DNA from: Candidatus Parcubacteria bacterium
GTDB lineage: Bacteria; Patescibacteriota; Minisyncoccia; UBA6257; JAGOQP01
Assembly (NCBI GenBank): GCA_025999395.1
Contig: AP024682.1
Coordinates: 69,386-133,385, forward strand
DNA: 64,000 bases
Direction of reading: 5' to 3'
Shown here: positions 31,628 through 41,101 of the stretch, in pieces
Layout: each line of letters starts with the position of its first letter
How positions within the stretch are numbered: position 1 is the first letter of the stretch
The notes under the pieces: model-generated
Told to the model about the DNA's origin: nothing
Database searches by the model: none
The model's input: only the letters and a program-made list of their open reading frames with translations
Program-made: the position numbers and the translations under genes

Positions 31628-33544
31628 TTAAGGTATAACTCTATCATATTTGGGAGGCAAATCGCTATCGCTTAACTCTCTTGAATCCAAAGATTTGAGG
31701 CTTATTTCAGAAACTTTTTCTGTAAAAGCATCGGTGGCGGATAAATTGGTTTTAGAAACAATAATAAAGCGATTATCTAGATTAAGAGAAGAGGGAACAA
31801 ATTCTACCTGAAAAACGGCCTGAGGGCTTTTTTCTACCACCCCCTTATTGGCTTCGATTAAGGGAATTTCCCAAGTAATTTCTTGAGTACGAGGGTTATA
31901 AACTGGAACCGTAGAAATATTGGTCTTTACTTTACCGGTCCATTTTACTCCCGTTCCCAAAAAAGAAGAGATTTTTATATCTTTAAAATCGGTGGCCCAA
32001 GTTTCCAAATCCCAATGAATAGTGTACTGAATAGGAACTCCAACTTTAGGAGGAAGAGAGCCTTGATTTACAATATCTGGGGAAGGCTCAAGGAAATAAG
32101 CTGATTGAGAAAGAAAAATTTGGCCACCAACCTTGTACTCTGCTTGAGCGGTTCCGGTGGTCTTAGGAGCCACGACATTATAAGGAACAGTAGGAGAAGA
32201 GATTTTTCCCTTTAATTGAAGGGTGAAGTTTTTATCCGCCAAACTTTCTACCGGATAAGAACTTAACAAGCCAATACTAAAACTAACCGATCCACCACTC
32301 CTAGCCTTAATTTCTTTCAAAAGAGGCAAATCAGTAGCGGTCCAAGTAATTTTTTTCTGAGTATCATCAAAATAACCCTTGGTTTTCAATGAAGAAAAAT
32401 TAAACATCTTTCCTTTTAATTCCACCTCCAAAATTACATCAGAGAAATTGATGTCGGCTTCATTATTAAAGGAAACCCTAAAGTTCAAATTTTGACCGGG
32501 AAAAACAATTTTATCTTTATTTTGACCTTCTAACTCTATTTTTAGACTTAAAGGCGAGGGGAGAAGAGAAATTGATAATTGTTTTTCTTCTATTGGATAG
32601 TATTTGTCCTTAATTTTTACTTTAGCAACAACTCCAAAAGGAAAGTAAGAATACTCCTCTCCTGATAAAAATCCAGAAATTAAAGCCGCTCTCTCCTGAG
32701 AAGGAGAAAGATTTTCTAAAATCAACTGATTTTTTTCTAATTGAGGCTCAGAACCTTGAAAGGAAAATTCTTTGGGAATTTGAAATTCTATGATTCCACT
32801 TAAAGGCTTAGAATCCTGATTTTGATAACGCAAAGAAACCTCAAATTCCTGACCATCCAAAACCTTCTCCGGACCAGTCAAATCAAGGCTTAAAACCGGT
32901 TCTCTTGCTAGCACCAAAAAACTTGCCTTTTTACTAAAGCGATTAGAAAGAGCCGAAGAAGGATAGGCGTAAGACAAAGAAGAATCAAACCGATAGGTTT
33001 GGAAAGGCTTTCCTATCAAAGCTACTTCAAACTCCTCTTTAACAATCTGAGAAGGAGCAATTTCCTTTAAATCCTTTTCGATTATTCGTTTTGATTCGTC
33101 TTCAAGATAAATAATTCCTTCGGGAAGAACCAAAGAAAGTTTGGGGCTAATTAAGGTTTTGCTTGAACTATTTTCAAAAACAACCGCCACCGTAAAAGAA
33201 GTTCCTACCAAGGCTTCACTGGGGGCTTTAATTTCCAACCCCGTCTCCTTCACTGAAAAATACTGATAAAGATAAAAGCCCGCGATACCAAAAAGCACCA
33301 CCGCCACCCCTATTAAAATCCAAAAAAGCCATCTCCCCCAGCGGATAACCCTTCCTAAATTATTCTGAGAAACTAATGGAGAAGGTTCTGACTTTTCAAC
33401 TTCTTTTATTTCCCAAGGATTTTCTAAGAAAACATCGGAGAAATCCTGGCTAGTTTCTTTTTTTGAAGAACTTTTAACCTCCTCCTTTTTTGAAGAAGGA
33501 GCTTTTTGACCATAGAGTTGTTTTTCTAAATCTTCCAGAGACAT
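31628..33544 (-). CDS. membrane-anchored hypothetical protein with repeated beta-rich extracellular domains
   Basis: 638 aa; acidic N-terminus, single TM at ~residues 70-95, then several ~100-aa repeat-like segments (DUF11-like feel); no catalytic motif. Confidence 0.45.
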   Translation of the reverse strand: MSLEDLEKQLYGQKAPSSKKEEVKSSSKKETSQDFSDVFLENPWEIKEVEKSEPSPLVSQNNLGRVIRWGRWLFWILIGVAVVLFGIAGFYLYQYFSVKETGLEIKAPSEALVGTSFTVAVVFENSSSKTLISPKLSLVLPEGIIYLEDESKRIIEKDLKEIAPSQIVKEEFEVALIGKPFQTYRFDSSLSYAYPSSALSNRFSKKASFLVLAREPVLSLDLTGPEKVLDGQEFEVSLRYQNQDSKPLSGIIEFQIPKEFSFQGSEPQLEKNQLILENLSPSQERAALISGFLSGEEYSYFPFGVVAKVKIKDKYYPIEEKQLSISLLPSPLSLKIELEGQNKDKIVFPGQNLNFRVSFNNEADINFSDVILEVELKGKMFNFSSLKTKGYFDDTQKKITWTATDLPLLKEIKARSGGSVSFSIGLLSSYPVESLADKNFTLQLKGKISSPTVPYNVVAPKTTGTAQAEYKVGGQIFLSQSAYFLEPSPDIVNQGSLPPKVGVPIQYTIHWDLETWATDFKDIKISSFLGTGVKWTGKVKTNISTVPVYNPRTQEITWEIPLIEANKGVVEKSPQAVFQVEFVPSSLNLDNRFIIVSKTNLSATDAFTEKVSEISLKSLDSRELSDSDLPPKYDRVIP

Positions 33545-33556
33545 AAAAAACTGCTT

Positions 33557-34108
33557 TTATTTTATTGATATTATCTTATTTGAAGGAACTTTTAAAGAGT
33601 GTTGGGCGCATAAAAAAATGTGATCCTCCCAAAGGAAAGAGGTTACTTCTTTTCGATGACAAAAAAAGCAGCTGGCTTTTTCAGGATCAAACCCCAAAAT
33701 TTTAAGAAAAGCTCTTAGAGTTTCTTTTAAATCGAAGGAACGGCGAAAAATTTCTTCCAAGAAAAACCAGAGTTTTTTATCTGCTTCTAACTCCATCGTC
33801 ATTTGATTTACTAAAGAAACCAAAGGCAACAAATCAAATCTCTTATGGGTTTGATAATCTCGAAACCTTTCGTCCTCCAAACAATCTACTACTGCAAATC
33901 CATCGTTGGGCCCCGCTAATCTTAAAAAGCGTACCTTAACAAATTTTAGTGGCTGGAGATGTCCAGAGAGTTTAGATTTGATCTTTCTTAATCCTTTTGC
34001 TCGGGCGACTATCTTGCCATAATCTTGAGTAAAAAAGAAAACTAAACCATCCACCTCTCCTAAATCCTTTCTTTCCAAAACCAAGGCTCGAGTAAAAAAT
34101 TCTCGCAT
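33557..34108 (-). CDS. recO: DNA repair protein RecO
   Basis: 183 aa; N-terminal OB-fold region; C-terminal Cys4 zinc motif CFFC...C. Confidence 0.8.
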   Translation of the reverse strand: MREFFTRALVLERKDLGEVDGLVFFFTQDYGKIVARAKGLRKIKSKLSGHLQPLKFVKVRFLRLAGPNDGFAVVDCLEDERFRDYQTHKRFDLLPLVSLVNQMTMELEADKKLWFFLEEIFRRSFDLKETLRAFLKILGFDPEKASCFFCHRKEVTSFLWEDHIFLCAQHSLKVPSNKIISIK

Positions 34109-34153
34109 AGCCTAACTATACCAACTTCTTTCATTTCCTAAAAGTTTTTCCTC

Positions 34154-34181
34154 TTGACAATCAAAACCAAAAGACTATAAT
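34154..34181 (+). promoter_or_regulatory. sigma70-like promoter (TTGACA-16nt-TATAAT) for the 3D-domain gene
   Basis: Consensus -35 at 34154-34159 and consensus -10 at 34176-34181, ~110 nt upstream of the ATG at 34291. Confidence 0.6.
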
Positions 34182-34290
34182 TAACCTAAACTGCGCCAAA
34201 AGCGCGGTTTTTTATTTGCTTATTTTAGGTCAAAAATAGGTAAAAATCAGATTTTAAGCCATTTTTCAGATTATTATTAACTAAACCAAT

Positions 34291-34794
34291 ATGGGTAAAC
34301 GTTTAGCCTTAACCTTTATTGTCAGCTCTTCTCTTTTAGCTTCTCTTTCTCAAAAAGTTCCCCTCCAGTTAGGGCCTCAAGCCCTTTCTCTTCTAAAAGC
34401 CAAGGGAGAAACCTTGGTAAAAGTAGTAAATCAAAGCATCGTCAACAACGATTCGGTTATCGAAAAAACAGTTATCATTCCCCAAGAAAAAAAAGAAGAG
34501 AAAAAAACCTTAACCGTTCTAGTGACTGGATATTCAAGCGATCCCTTACAAACAGATAGTACTCCCTTTCTAACCGCCTCCGGAACGCTGGTTCGAGAAG
34601 GAGTGGCAGCTACTAACTTCTTACCCTTGGGAACAAAGTTTAAAATTCCCCAGCTTTTCGGAGATAAAATCTTTGTAGTGGAGGATAGAATGAATTCCCG
34701 CTTTAACGATCAAAAAATTGTTGACATCTGGTTTCAGAGAGAACAAGAAGCAAGGGAGTTTGGCAAAAGACTGGTAACAATTGAGCTTCTTTAA
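34291..34794 (+). CDS. 3D-domain (MltA-like, cell-wall-binding/lytic) protein
   Basis: 167 aa; signal peptide; C-terminal 3D domain with TGYS..D, GVAA and DRMNSRF...VDIW conserved acidic residues. Confidence 0.7.
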   Translation: MGKRLALTFIVSSSLLASLSQKVPLQLGPQALSLLKAKGETLVKVVNQSIVNNDSVIEKTVIIPQEKKEEKKTLTVLVTGYSSDPLQTDSTPFLTASGTLVREGVAATNFLPLGTKFKIPQLFGDKIFVVEDRMNSRFNDQKIVDIWFQREQEAREFGKRLVTIELL

Positions 34795-34880
34795 ACTTAA
34801 AACCAAATCCTAAACTCTTAAAAACTAAAAACTCTTCCTTTTGAGGAAGAGTTTTTAGTTTGACCTTAACTTGGATCTTT

Positions 34881-37007
34881 TTAATCTGCTAAAGCTTTTA
34901 AGGAAAGACTGATTCTTCCATTTTCATCTATTTTGATAACTTTAACTCTTACCTTATCTCCCACCTTAACAACATCGCTCACTTTTTGAACAAAGCCATT
35001 CTTAAGCTCAGAAATGTGAATTAATCCATCCTTGCCCCCTCCCAAATCAACTATCGCTCCAAAATCCAGAATCTTTACCACTTCGCCTTCCACTATCTCT
35101 CCAACAAAAAATTCGTGGGTAAGGCTTTTAATGAAATCCACCGCTTTTTGAGCTTTTTCCAAAGAATCAGCAGAGACATAGACCTTGCCAGATTCATCGA
35201 TATCGATTGATTCCAGCCCAAAGTCTTCAATTATCTTGTTAATAATCTTTCCTCCCGGTCCAATGATGCTGCCAATTTGATAAGGTTTTACCTCTACACT
35301 TAAAATAACCGGCGCATAAGGAGAAAGCTGGGGACGAGGAGAGGCAAGGGTTTTATTCATTACCTCCAAAATTTGAAGTCGAGCTTCTTTGGCTTGAGCT
35401 AAAGCTTGAGAAAAAATTTCCACATCAATTCCTTCTACTTTGACATCCATTTGAATAGCAGTAATTCCATCTTTAGTGCCAGCTACTTTCAAATCCATAT
35501 CGCCGTAATGATCTTCTGGCCCTTGAATATCGGTAAGAATTTTGTAAGCTGGCAGATTTTGAAACTGTCCTTGATTAGTAATCAATCCCATGGCAATACC
35601 AGCCACCGCCTTCCTTATTGGCACCCCGGCATCCATTAAAGAAAGAGAGCCGGCGCAAACCGAAGCCATTGAAGAAGATCCGTTAGAAGAAAGAATCTCG
35701 GATACTACTCGAATGGTATAAGGGAAACTGTCCGAAGGAGGAATAACATTTTTGAGAGCCTTTTCCGCTAAAGCTCCGTGTCCAATTTCTCGGCGTCCCG
35801 GCATTCCTAATCTTCCTACTTCGCCAGTTGAATAAGGAGGAAAATTATAGTGAAAGATAAATCTTCTTTTTGCTGAAAGCTCCATTGTTTCTATTAATTG
35901 CTCAAATCCGGGAGCGGCTAAAGTAGTTACCGCTAAACTTTGGGTTTCTCCTCGAATAAACAAAGCTGATCCATGAAGGCGCTTAAAAAGCCCAACATAA
36001 GCCTCCAGAGGCCTAATTTCGTTTAATTTTCTGCCATCTGGTCTTTTTTCTAAAGCAAGAATGTTGCGATGAACAATTTCATTAATCAAATCCTCCCAGA
36101 CATTCTCCAATCCTTCCAAACTATCCGATTTTAAATCCTCCGTTAGATATTTAATTAAATCTTCTTTTATTTGAGCCATCCCCAAATTTCTTTCGGCTTT
36201 AGAAGAGGAATAAAGGGCCTGTTCTAATTTTGAAGAAGCAAACTCTCTAACCGCTTCTACTAATTGGGGGTTAGGTTCAAAAAGAAGTACTTTTTCTTTC
36301 TCCTGACCAATTTCTTCAACAATTTTCTCTTGAAAGGCAATGAGTTTTTTTATTTCTTCAAAAGATTTTAGAAAAGCCTCGGCGACTTCTGATTCTTTAG
36401 CTTCATTTCCTTCTAACTCAATCATATTGATTTTTTCCTTGGTTCCCGAAAAGAAAGCCTCAAACCCTCCTTCCTCTTTTAGAGCTCCGTTTTTTTGAGA
36501 GTTTAGGGGATTAAAAATAAGCCCCTCCCTACTTTTTAAAACTCTTAAGCCGGCCACCGGTCCTTTCCAAGGAATATTAGAGATGGCTAACGCCAATGAA
36601 GCAGAGTTAAGAGCAATGAAATCCGGATCGTTTTCTTCGTCGTAAGAAAGAATGGTCACCACTACTTGAACCTCTCTTCGCAAACCCTGATCAAAAAGAG
36701 GTCTGATGGTTCGATCAATTAATCTTCCCGAAAGCACCGCAAAATCGGATGGCCTTCCTTCTCTTCTTAAAAAGCGACTCCCTAAAACTTTTCCGGCCGC
36801 ATAAAATCTTTCCTCGTAATCAACTGTTAAAGGAAAATAATCAATTACTTTATCTTCTTTGCCCATAACCACCGTCACCAAAACCGCTGTTTCTCCGTAC
36901 TGCCCGATTACCGCCGCGTTCGCTTGCCCAGCTAAATGAGAAACAATAAATTTTAAATCTCTTCCAAAAAAAGGAAGGGAGAATTCTTTTTTATTGAGAA
37001 TATCCAT
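34881..37007 (-). CDS. pnp: polyribonucleotide nucleotidyltransferase (PNPase)
   Basis: 708 aa; two RNase PH domains; KH motif (GPGGK); C-terminal S1 domain. Confidence 0.95.
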   Translation of the reverse strand: MDILNKKEFSLPFFGRDLKFIVSHLAGQANAAVIGQYGETAVLVTVVMGKEDKVIDYFPLTVDYEERFYAAGKVLGSRFLRREGRPSDFAVLSGRLIDRTIRPLFDQGLRREVQVVVTILSYDEENDPDFIALNSASLALAISNIPWKGPVAGLRVLKSREGLIFNPLNSQKNGALKEEGGFEAFFSGTKEKINMIELEGNEAKESEVAEAFLKSFEEIKKLIAFQEKIVEEIGQEKEKVLLFEPNPQLVEAVREFASSKLEQALYSSSKAERNLGMAQIKEDLIKYLTEDLKSDSLEGLENVWEDLINEIVHRNILALEKRPDGRKLNEIRPLEAYVGLFKRLHGSALFIRGETQSLAVTTLAAPGFEQLIETMELSAKRRFIFHYNFPPYSTGEVGRLGMPGRREIGHGALAEKALKNVIPPSDSFPYTIRVVSEILSSNGSSSMASVCAGSLSLMDAGVPIRKAVAGIAMGLITNQGQFQNLPAYKILTDIQGPEDHYGDMDLKVAGTKDGITAIQMDVKVEGIDVEIFSQALAQAKEARLQILEVMNKTLASPRPQLSPYAPVILSVEVKPYQIGSIIGPGGKIINKIIEDFGLESIDIDESGKVYVSADSLEKAQKAVDFIKSLTHEFFVGEIVEGEVVKILDFGAIVDLGGGKDGLIHISELKNGFVQKVSDVVKVGDKVRVKVIKIDENGRISLSLKALAD

Positions 37008-37045
37008 ATTGGTTCTAAAAATTAAAAAATGATTTGCTCAACAAA

Positions 37046-37615
37046 TTATTCTCTTTTACCCAAAAGAATTTTGGGATTATCATCCAAATCAATATAAAGA
37101 TCAGCTGCTTCTTTTAGCTTGGCAGAGGTACTGCGTCCAAAGGAAGCTACTTCTACCTGTCTTCCTAACCCCCACTTCAAATAATCTACCAAGGGGACAA
37201 AATCCCCATCACCGGTTACCAAAATTACCACATCCAAAAAAGAAGCCATCCGAATTGCATCCACCGCCAATCCCACATCCCAATCCGCTTTTTTTACTCC
37301 ACCCGGAAAAATTTGTAAATCTTTCACCCTTAAATCCATTCCGCTTTTTTCCAAAGCTTCAAAAAAAGAAGCCTCAGGAGATTTTGAAATAACTCTCTTA
37401 TCCTTCAAACGAAAAGCTTCTCCAATAAGAGGATCACTTTTCACCACATAAGCAATCGCCCGAATCAACTGCCGGCCATCAACTAAAAACTTGATTAGCT
37501 GAGAAAAATTAACTCTTGCCTGATAAAGATGCTTAGCAGAATGATAAAGGTTCTGGACATCAACAAAAATTCCTACTCGCTGATTTTTATGCCGCATAAA
37601 AACATTCTTTTGCAA
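37046..37615 (-). CDS. NYN-domain (LabA-like) predicted ribonuclease
   Basis: 189 aa; conserved acidic residues VDVQN...D...VTGDGDF; inserted between rpsO and pnp. Confidence 0.75.
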   Translation of the reverse strand: MQKNVFMRHKNQRVGIFVDVQNLYHSAKHLYQARVNFSQLIKFLVDGRQLIRAIAYVVKSDPLIGEAFRLKDKRVISKSPEASFFEALEKSGMDLRVKDLQIFPGGVKKADWDVGLAVDAIRMASFLDVVILVTGDGDFVPLVDYLKWGLGRQVEVASFGRSTSAKLKEAADLYIDLDDNPKILLGKRE

Positions 37616-37642
37616 GAAACACCATTATTCCTCTAATAAAAA

Positions 37643-37909
37643 CTACTTCTTCAATCCCAACTTTTTAATCACCTTCGCGTAAGCTTTGGGATCGTTTTTT
37701 TCCAAATAATCCAAAAGTTTTCTTCTTTTAGAAACCATTTTTAAAAGCCCCCGGCGAGAAGAATTGTCCTTGGGATGAGCTTTCAAGTGCTTGGCTAATT
37801 CTTCGATTTGTTTAGTTAAAAGTCCAATCTGAACTTGAGCTGAGCCAGTATCAGTTTCGTGAACTCTTAATTCCTTAATAATATTTTGTTTTTTTCGAGA
37901 AGTAAGCAT
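37643..37909 (-). CDS. rpsO: 30S ribosomal protein S15
   Basis: 88 aa; HETDTGS..QIALLT-type signature. Confidence 0.95.
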   Translation of the reverse strand: MLTSRKKQNIIKELRVHETDTGSAQVQIGLLTKQIEELAKHLKAHPKDNSSRRGLLKMVSKRRKLLDYLEKNDPKAYAKVIKKLGLKK

Positions 37910-38035
37910 AGCCTTAATTTGCTAATCTTAATCGCTTATGGTTATTCCAATATAGCTTTCATTCGCTAAAAAGTCAAATAAAAAATTATCCCGAATTTAG
38001 CATTTTGTCGCAAAATGTGATAAGATAAAAACAAG

Positions 38036-38947
38036 ATGAAAGAGATTCAAAAATACCTCAAAGAATACCTTGATTACTTAGAAATAGAAAAAAACCGCTC
38101 TCCAAAAACAGTGGAAAACTATCGTCGTTATTTATCAGAATTCATTAATCAAGAAAAAATCTCTTCTCTTGAAGAAATAGATCAAGATAAAATTCGCCAC
38201 TTTCGAATTTGGTTGGCTCGACGCCAAGGAAAAGAAGAAGGGTTTCTTAAAAAAAACACCCAAAGCTACTACATCATTGCCTTAAGAAATTTTCTCAAGT
38301 ATTTAATTAAAAGAAATGTAAAACCAAATGTACTTCCCGAACAAATCGAATTACCCAAAATTCCTCAAAGACAAATAGAAATTATAGAATATAGCGACTT
38401 GGAAAGATTTTTGAATGCTCCTCAAGGAGATTCTTTGAGAGCTTTAAGAGATAAAGCAATTCTAGAAATACTTTTTTCTACCGGCCTGAGAGTTTCTGAG
38501 CTTTGCTCTCTTTCCCGCTACCTTAATATAGAAAAAGGAGAAATTACCGTTCGGGGAAAAGGGGGAAAGTTAAGAGTCGTTTTTCTTTCTCCACGCGCTC
38601 AAAAGGCTTTAAAAAATTATTTAGAAAAAAGAAGTGATGCCGAAGAAGCTTTATTTGTTAGTTTAACCAAATCTAAAAATCCTAAGGTAATCGGAAGAAT
38701 TCTTCCTCGCACCGTTCAAAGAATAGTTAAATATTACGCCAAGAAAGCAGGAATTGTAGGAAAGGTTACTCCTCATCAATTGCGTCATCAATTTGCTACT
38801 GATCTCTTGTTAAATGGAGCTGATTTGCGCTCTGTCCAAGCACTCTTGGGTCATGCCAACATCTCTACCACCCAAGTCTATACCCACCTTACTAATAAAG
38901 AGCTGAAAGAAATTCACAAAGCTTTTCACGGGCGAAGAAGAAAATAA
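38036..38947 (+). CDS. tyrosine site-specific recombinase, XerC/XerD-like
   Basis: 303 aa; N-terminal SAM-like domain; catalytic R...HxxR...Y with LGHANISTTQVYTHL. Confidence 0.85.
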   Translation: MKEIQKYLKEYLDYLEIEKNRSPKTVENYRRYLSEFINQEKISSLEEIDQDKIRHFRIWLARRQGKEEGFLKKNTQSYYIIALRNFLKYLIKRNVKPNVLPEQIELPKIPQRQIEIIEYSDLERFLNAPQGDSLRALRDKAILEILFSTGLRVSELCSLSRYLNIEKGEITVRGKGGKLRVVFLSPRAQKALKNYLEKRSDAEEALFVSLTKSKNPKVIGRILPRTVQRIVKYYAKKAGIVGKVTPHQLRHQFATDLLLNGADLRSVQALLGHANISTTQVYTHLTNKELKEIHKAFHGRRRK

Positions 38948-38951
38948 GGTG

Positions 38952-39032
<81 letters not shown>

Positions 39033-39260
39033 ATCATTTGTTTAAAAATAGTATTACAGATATCGCTTTTTTTCAATCTATTTTACCTTAAGTTTGTTTC
39101 ACGAGCGTAGGTAGATTTTTCCTCTTTACAAAAACGATTTTCTGTTAATCATATTTTGATCGTAACAAACACTACCCAAAGTTAATTTTATTGGCATTAC
39201 TCCAACTTAGACTCTTACAATCTCTAACTTTCAAAACAAGACTCAATAACAATATTGAAG

Positions 39261-39289
39261 TTGACAAAATTATAGAAATATTGTAGTAT
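39261..39289 (+). promoter_or_regulatory. sigma70-like promoter (TTGACA-17nt-TAGTAT) driving the GC-rich SPFH cassette
   Basis: -35 at 39261-39266 and -10 at 39284-39289, ~105 nt upstream of the ATG at 39397. Confidence 0.55.
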
Positions 39290-39328
39290 TTAATTTAGAA
39301 CCTTGATAACACCAAACCAACAACCAAC

Positions 39329-39396
39329 CGCTCGTCCTTAGAGAAAGGACGAGCAAAACAAAATCCCCGCTAGGAGGCGGGGAAAGGAGGTGTGAG
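39329..39396 (+). promoter_or_regulatory. structured 5' leader with two GC-rich hairpins and a strong RBS
   Basis: CGCUCGUCCUU-agaga-AAGGACGAGC is a perfect 9-10 bp stem (39329-39354). CCCCGC-uaggag-GCGGGG spans 39365-39382. AGGAGG sits 7 nt before the ATG. Confidence 0.5.
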
Positions 39397-40587
39397 ATGT
39401 TTAACTTTTCTTCTATCTGGGTAAACTGGGTGACAACTATCGCAGTTGCGATTGTTGTCGCCATCCTGCTGGCCAGAGCGGTGCGACTGTTAGCCACAAG
39501 GAAACTCGACATACTTCGTGGAACCTCGGGATTTATCCTCGGATGGGTCCTGTCGCTCACTCTCTCGGGTATGCTAGTTGGCATCGCTTTGCTGGTTGCC
39601 AAGAAGCAGTTACCAGAAGACTTACCAATTGTGACTCGACTTGCTCTGTTCTTCTCTTGGATACTCGCATCAGTTGGTCTTGCTACTATTATGATGTATA
39701 AATGGTACAAGACCTACCCACCAACTCCGCCGTTCAAACTCGCTTTCAAATTTCTCGGCAACTACATACGATCCGGACACAAGATTGCGCTCTACGAAGG
39801 GGGTAATTGGTTCTTGCCTCCCCTCAAGTGGTTACTGACCCCAGTGAAGATATTTCTAGGAAACAGAGAGTTCGAATACAAGATCAAAGGGGTGATGACA
39901 AACGATCAGGTTACATCTGACATCAGCAAGAGATGGCGATACCGCTTAGACGAAGAAAATCTAAGTGCTTTTCTTTTTGTTTGTGGAGAGGTGGATGATG
40001 AAGTTGGAGACGCTCAATTTAAGAAATTCGAAGACTTTCTTGAAGAGGAAGGAGCTCAGGGGGTGAGAGAGGTTGTCGCTAATCCGAACGTTGATCCCCA
40101 CACTTGGGATCAACTCAAGCCTTCTGGAGAGACGCTTGTAGGAGCAACTCTCTGGAAGATTCTCAATGGTGGAGACATGAGAAATGCAGATAAGACAACT
40201 GTTGAAGCACGAGTAGCAGATGCTTTAGCAAAAATGCGCTCTTCTCAAGCTAAAGTGGATCGGTACGGTATCATCATCTTGGACGGCAAAGTCGCGGAAG
40301 TCGATACTGACCCAGATGTGGTAAGAGCAGCCAAGCAAAAAGTTGTTCGCACCAAGGAGTTAGAGGCTGAGAAAGACGCGCAGAACATCGCCTTAGCGAA
40401 CACACTAGCTCAGGCCAGAGGCGTCCGCAAGGCCTTTCCCGGTGCGAGCGACGAAGCCAGGATGAACTTTCTCCAGCGAATCCTCCACAAAATCCCCGGA
40501 GAAGTAAACACCACTGAGATTCAGGGCGGAGCGATCCCTCTCATTAACATCTCAGCCCCAACAAAAACAAAGAAAGGAGGTAGATAA
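39397..40587 (+). CDS. SPFH/band 7 (stomatin/flotillin/HflK-like) domain membrane protein, GC-rich
   Basis: 396 aa; 3-4 N-terminal TM helices; SPFH core (VMTNDQVTSDISKRWRYRLDE ... YGIIILDGKVAEVDTDPDVVRAAKQKVVRTKELEAEKDAQ, the latter matching the WGIKV..VEIKDI..P..I..AM..Q..AEREKRA consensus); Ala-rich coiled-coil tail. GC far above the window background by eye. Confidence 0.7.
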   Translation: MFNFSSIWVNWVTTIAVAIVVAILLARAVRLLATRKLDILRGTSGFILGWVLSLTLSGMLVGIALLVAKKQLPEDLPIVTRLALFFSWILASVGLATIMMYKWYKTYPPTPPFKLAFKFLGNYIRSGHKIALYEGGNWFLPPLKWLLTPVKIFLGNREFEYKIKGVMTNDQVTSDISKRWRYRLDEENLSAFLFVCGEVDDEVGDAQFKKFEDFLEEEGAQGVREVVANPNVDPHTWDQLKPSGETLVGATLWKILNGGDMRNADKTTVEARVADALAKMRSSQAKVDRYGIIILDGKVAEVDTDPDVVRAAKQKVVRTKELEAEKDAQNIALANTLAQARGVRKAFPGASDEARMNFLQRILHKIPGEVNTTEIQGGAIPLINISAPTKTKKGGR

Positions 40588-41093
40588 TGACTAACAAACC
40601 AGCATTTTCCGATAAGACTCGAGAGTGGGGGAAAAAAATGATGACCGCTGCCATTATTATTGCCTCACTCTCGGTCGTGCTCGGGATTTTTTGGAGCGGC
40701 GGCGGAAAAAAGCAGGCTACCGTCACCGCCGTCAGGCAATCGGTGGTCGTCGGTTTTGGCGAAGCCAAAACCGTCGACCTCCGCCAGGGCCCCGTGGAGG
40801 TCACCCTCCTCTTTACTGAGGAGGGGTGGATGGATTTTTGGGGTGATGATCGCCCAGGGAACTGGGTGAAAATCACCCCGGAGAACCACAAAGGGCCGGC
40901 GCTTCTCGTTCGCGCTGGCGAGTACCTCCCTCTTCCAAGAGCGAAGGGAATGTACAGGTTTAAAGTTGAAGGAAATTGTCAAATCACGTTTTGGCTCCAC
41001 CGCTTGGACGATAATGTTCCTCCAGGCGGTGTCCCTACATCACCAACACCACGTACACCACTACCTCAACCTAAATTAGCATCGCACATATAG
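40587..41093 (+). CDS. small membrane-anchored beta-rich protein, possible NfeD-like partner of the SPFH protein
   Basis: 168 aa; start overlaps the upstream stop (TAATGA); one N-terminal TM then a soluble beta-rich domain and Pro-rich tail; same high GC. Confidence 0.45.
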   Translation: MTNKPAFSDKTREWGKKMMTAAIIIASLSVVLGIFWSGGGKKQATVTAVRQSVVVGFGEAKTVDLRQGPVEVTLLFTEEGWMDFWGDDRPGNWVKITPENHKGPALLVRAGEYLPLPRAKGMYRFKVEGNCQITFWLHRLDDNVPPGGVPTSPTPRTPLPQPKLASHI

Positions 41094-41101
41094 CACATCT
41101 T

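Noticed and set aside
39270-41000. Track ORFs 39270..39710(-), 40544..40891(-), 40625..40819(+), 40660..40869(+) and 40665..41000(-) overlapping the SPFH cassette in other frames
   Set aside because: All lie inside the GC-rich cassette, where stop codons are rare in every frame. They overlap the two well-supported plus-strand genes and have no RBS or recognisable domains. They are treated as high-GC ORF artefacts
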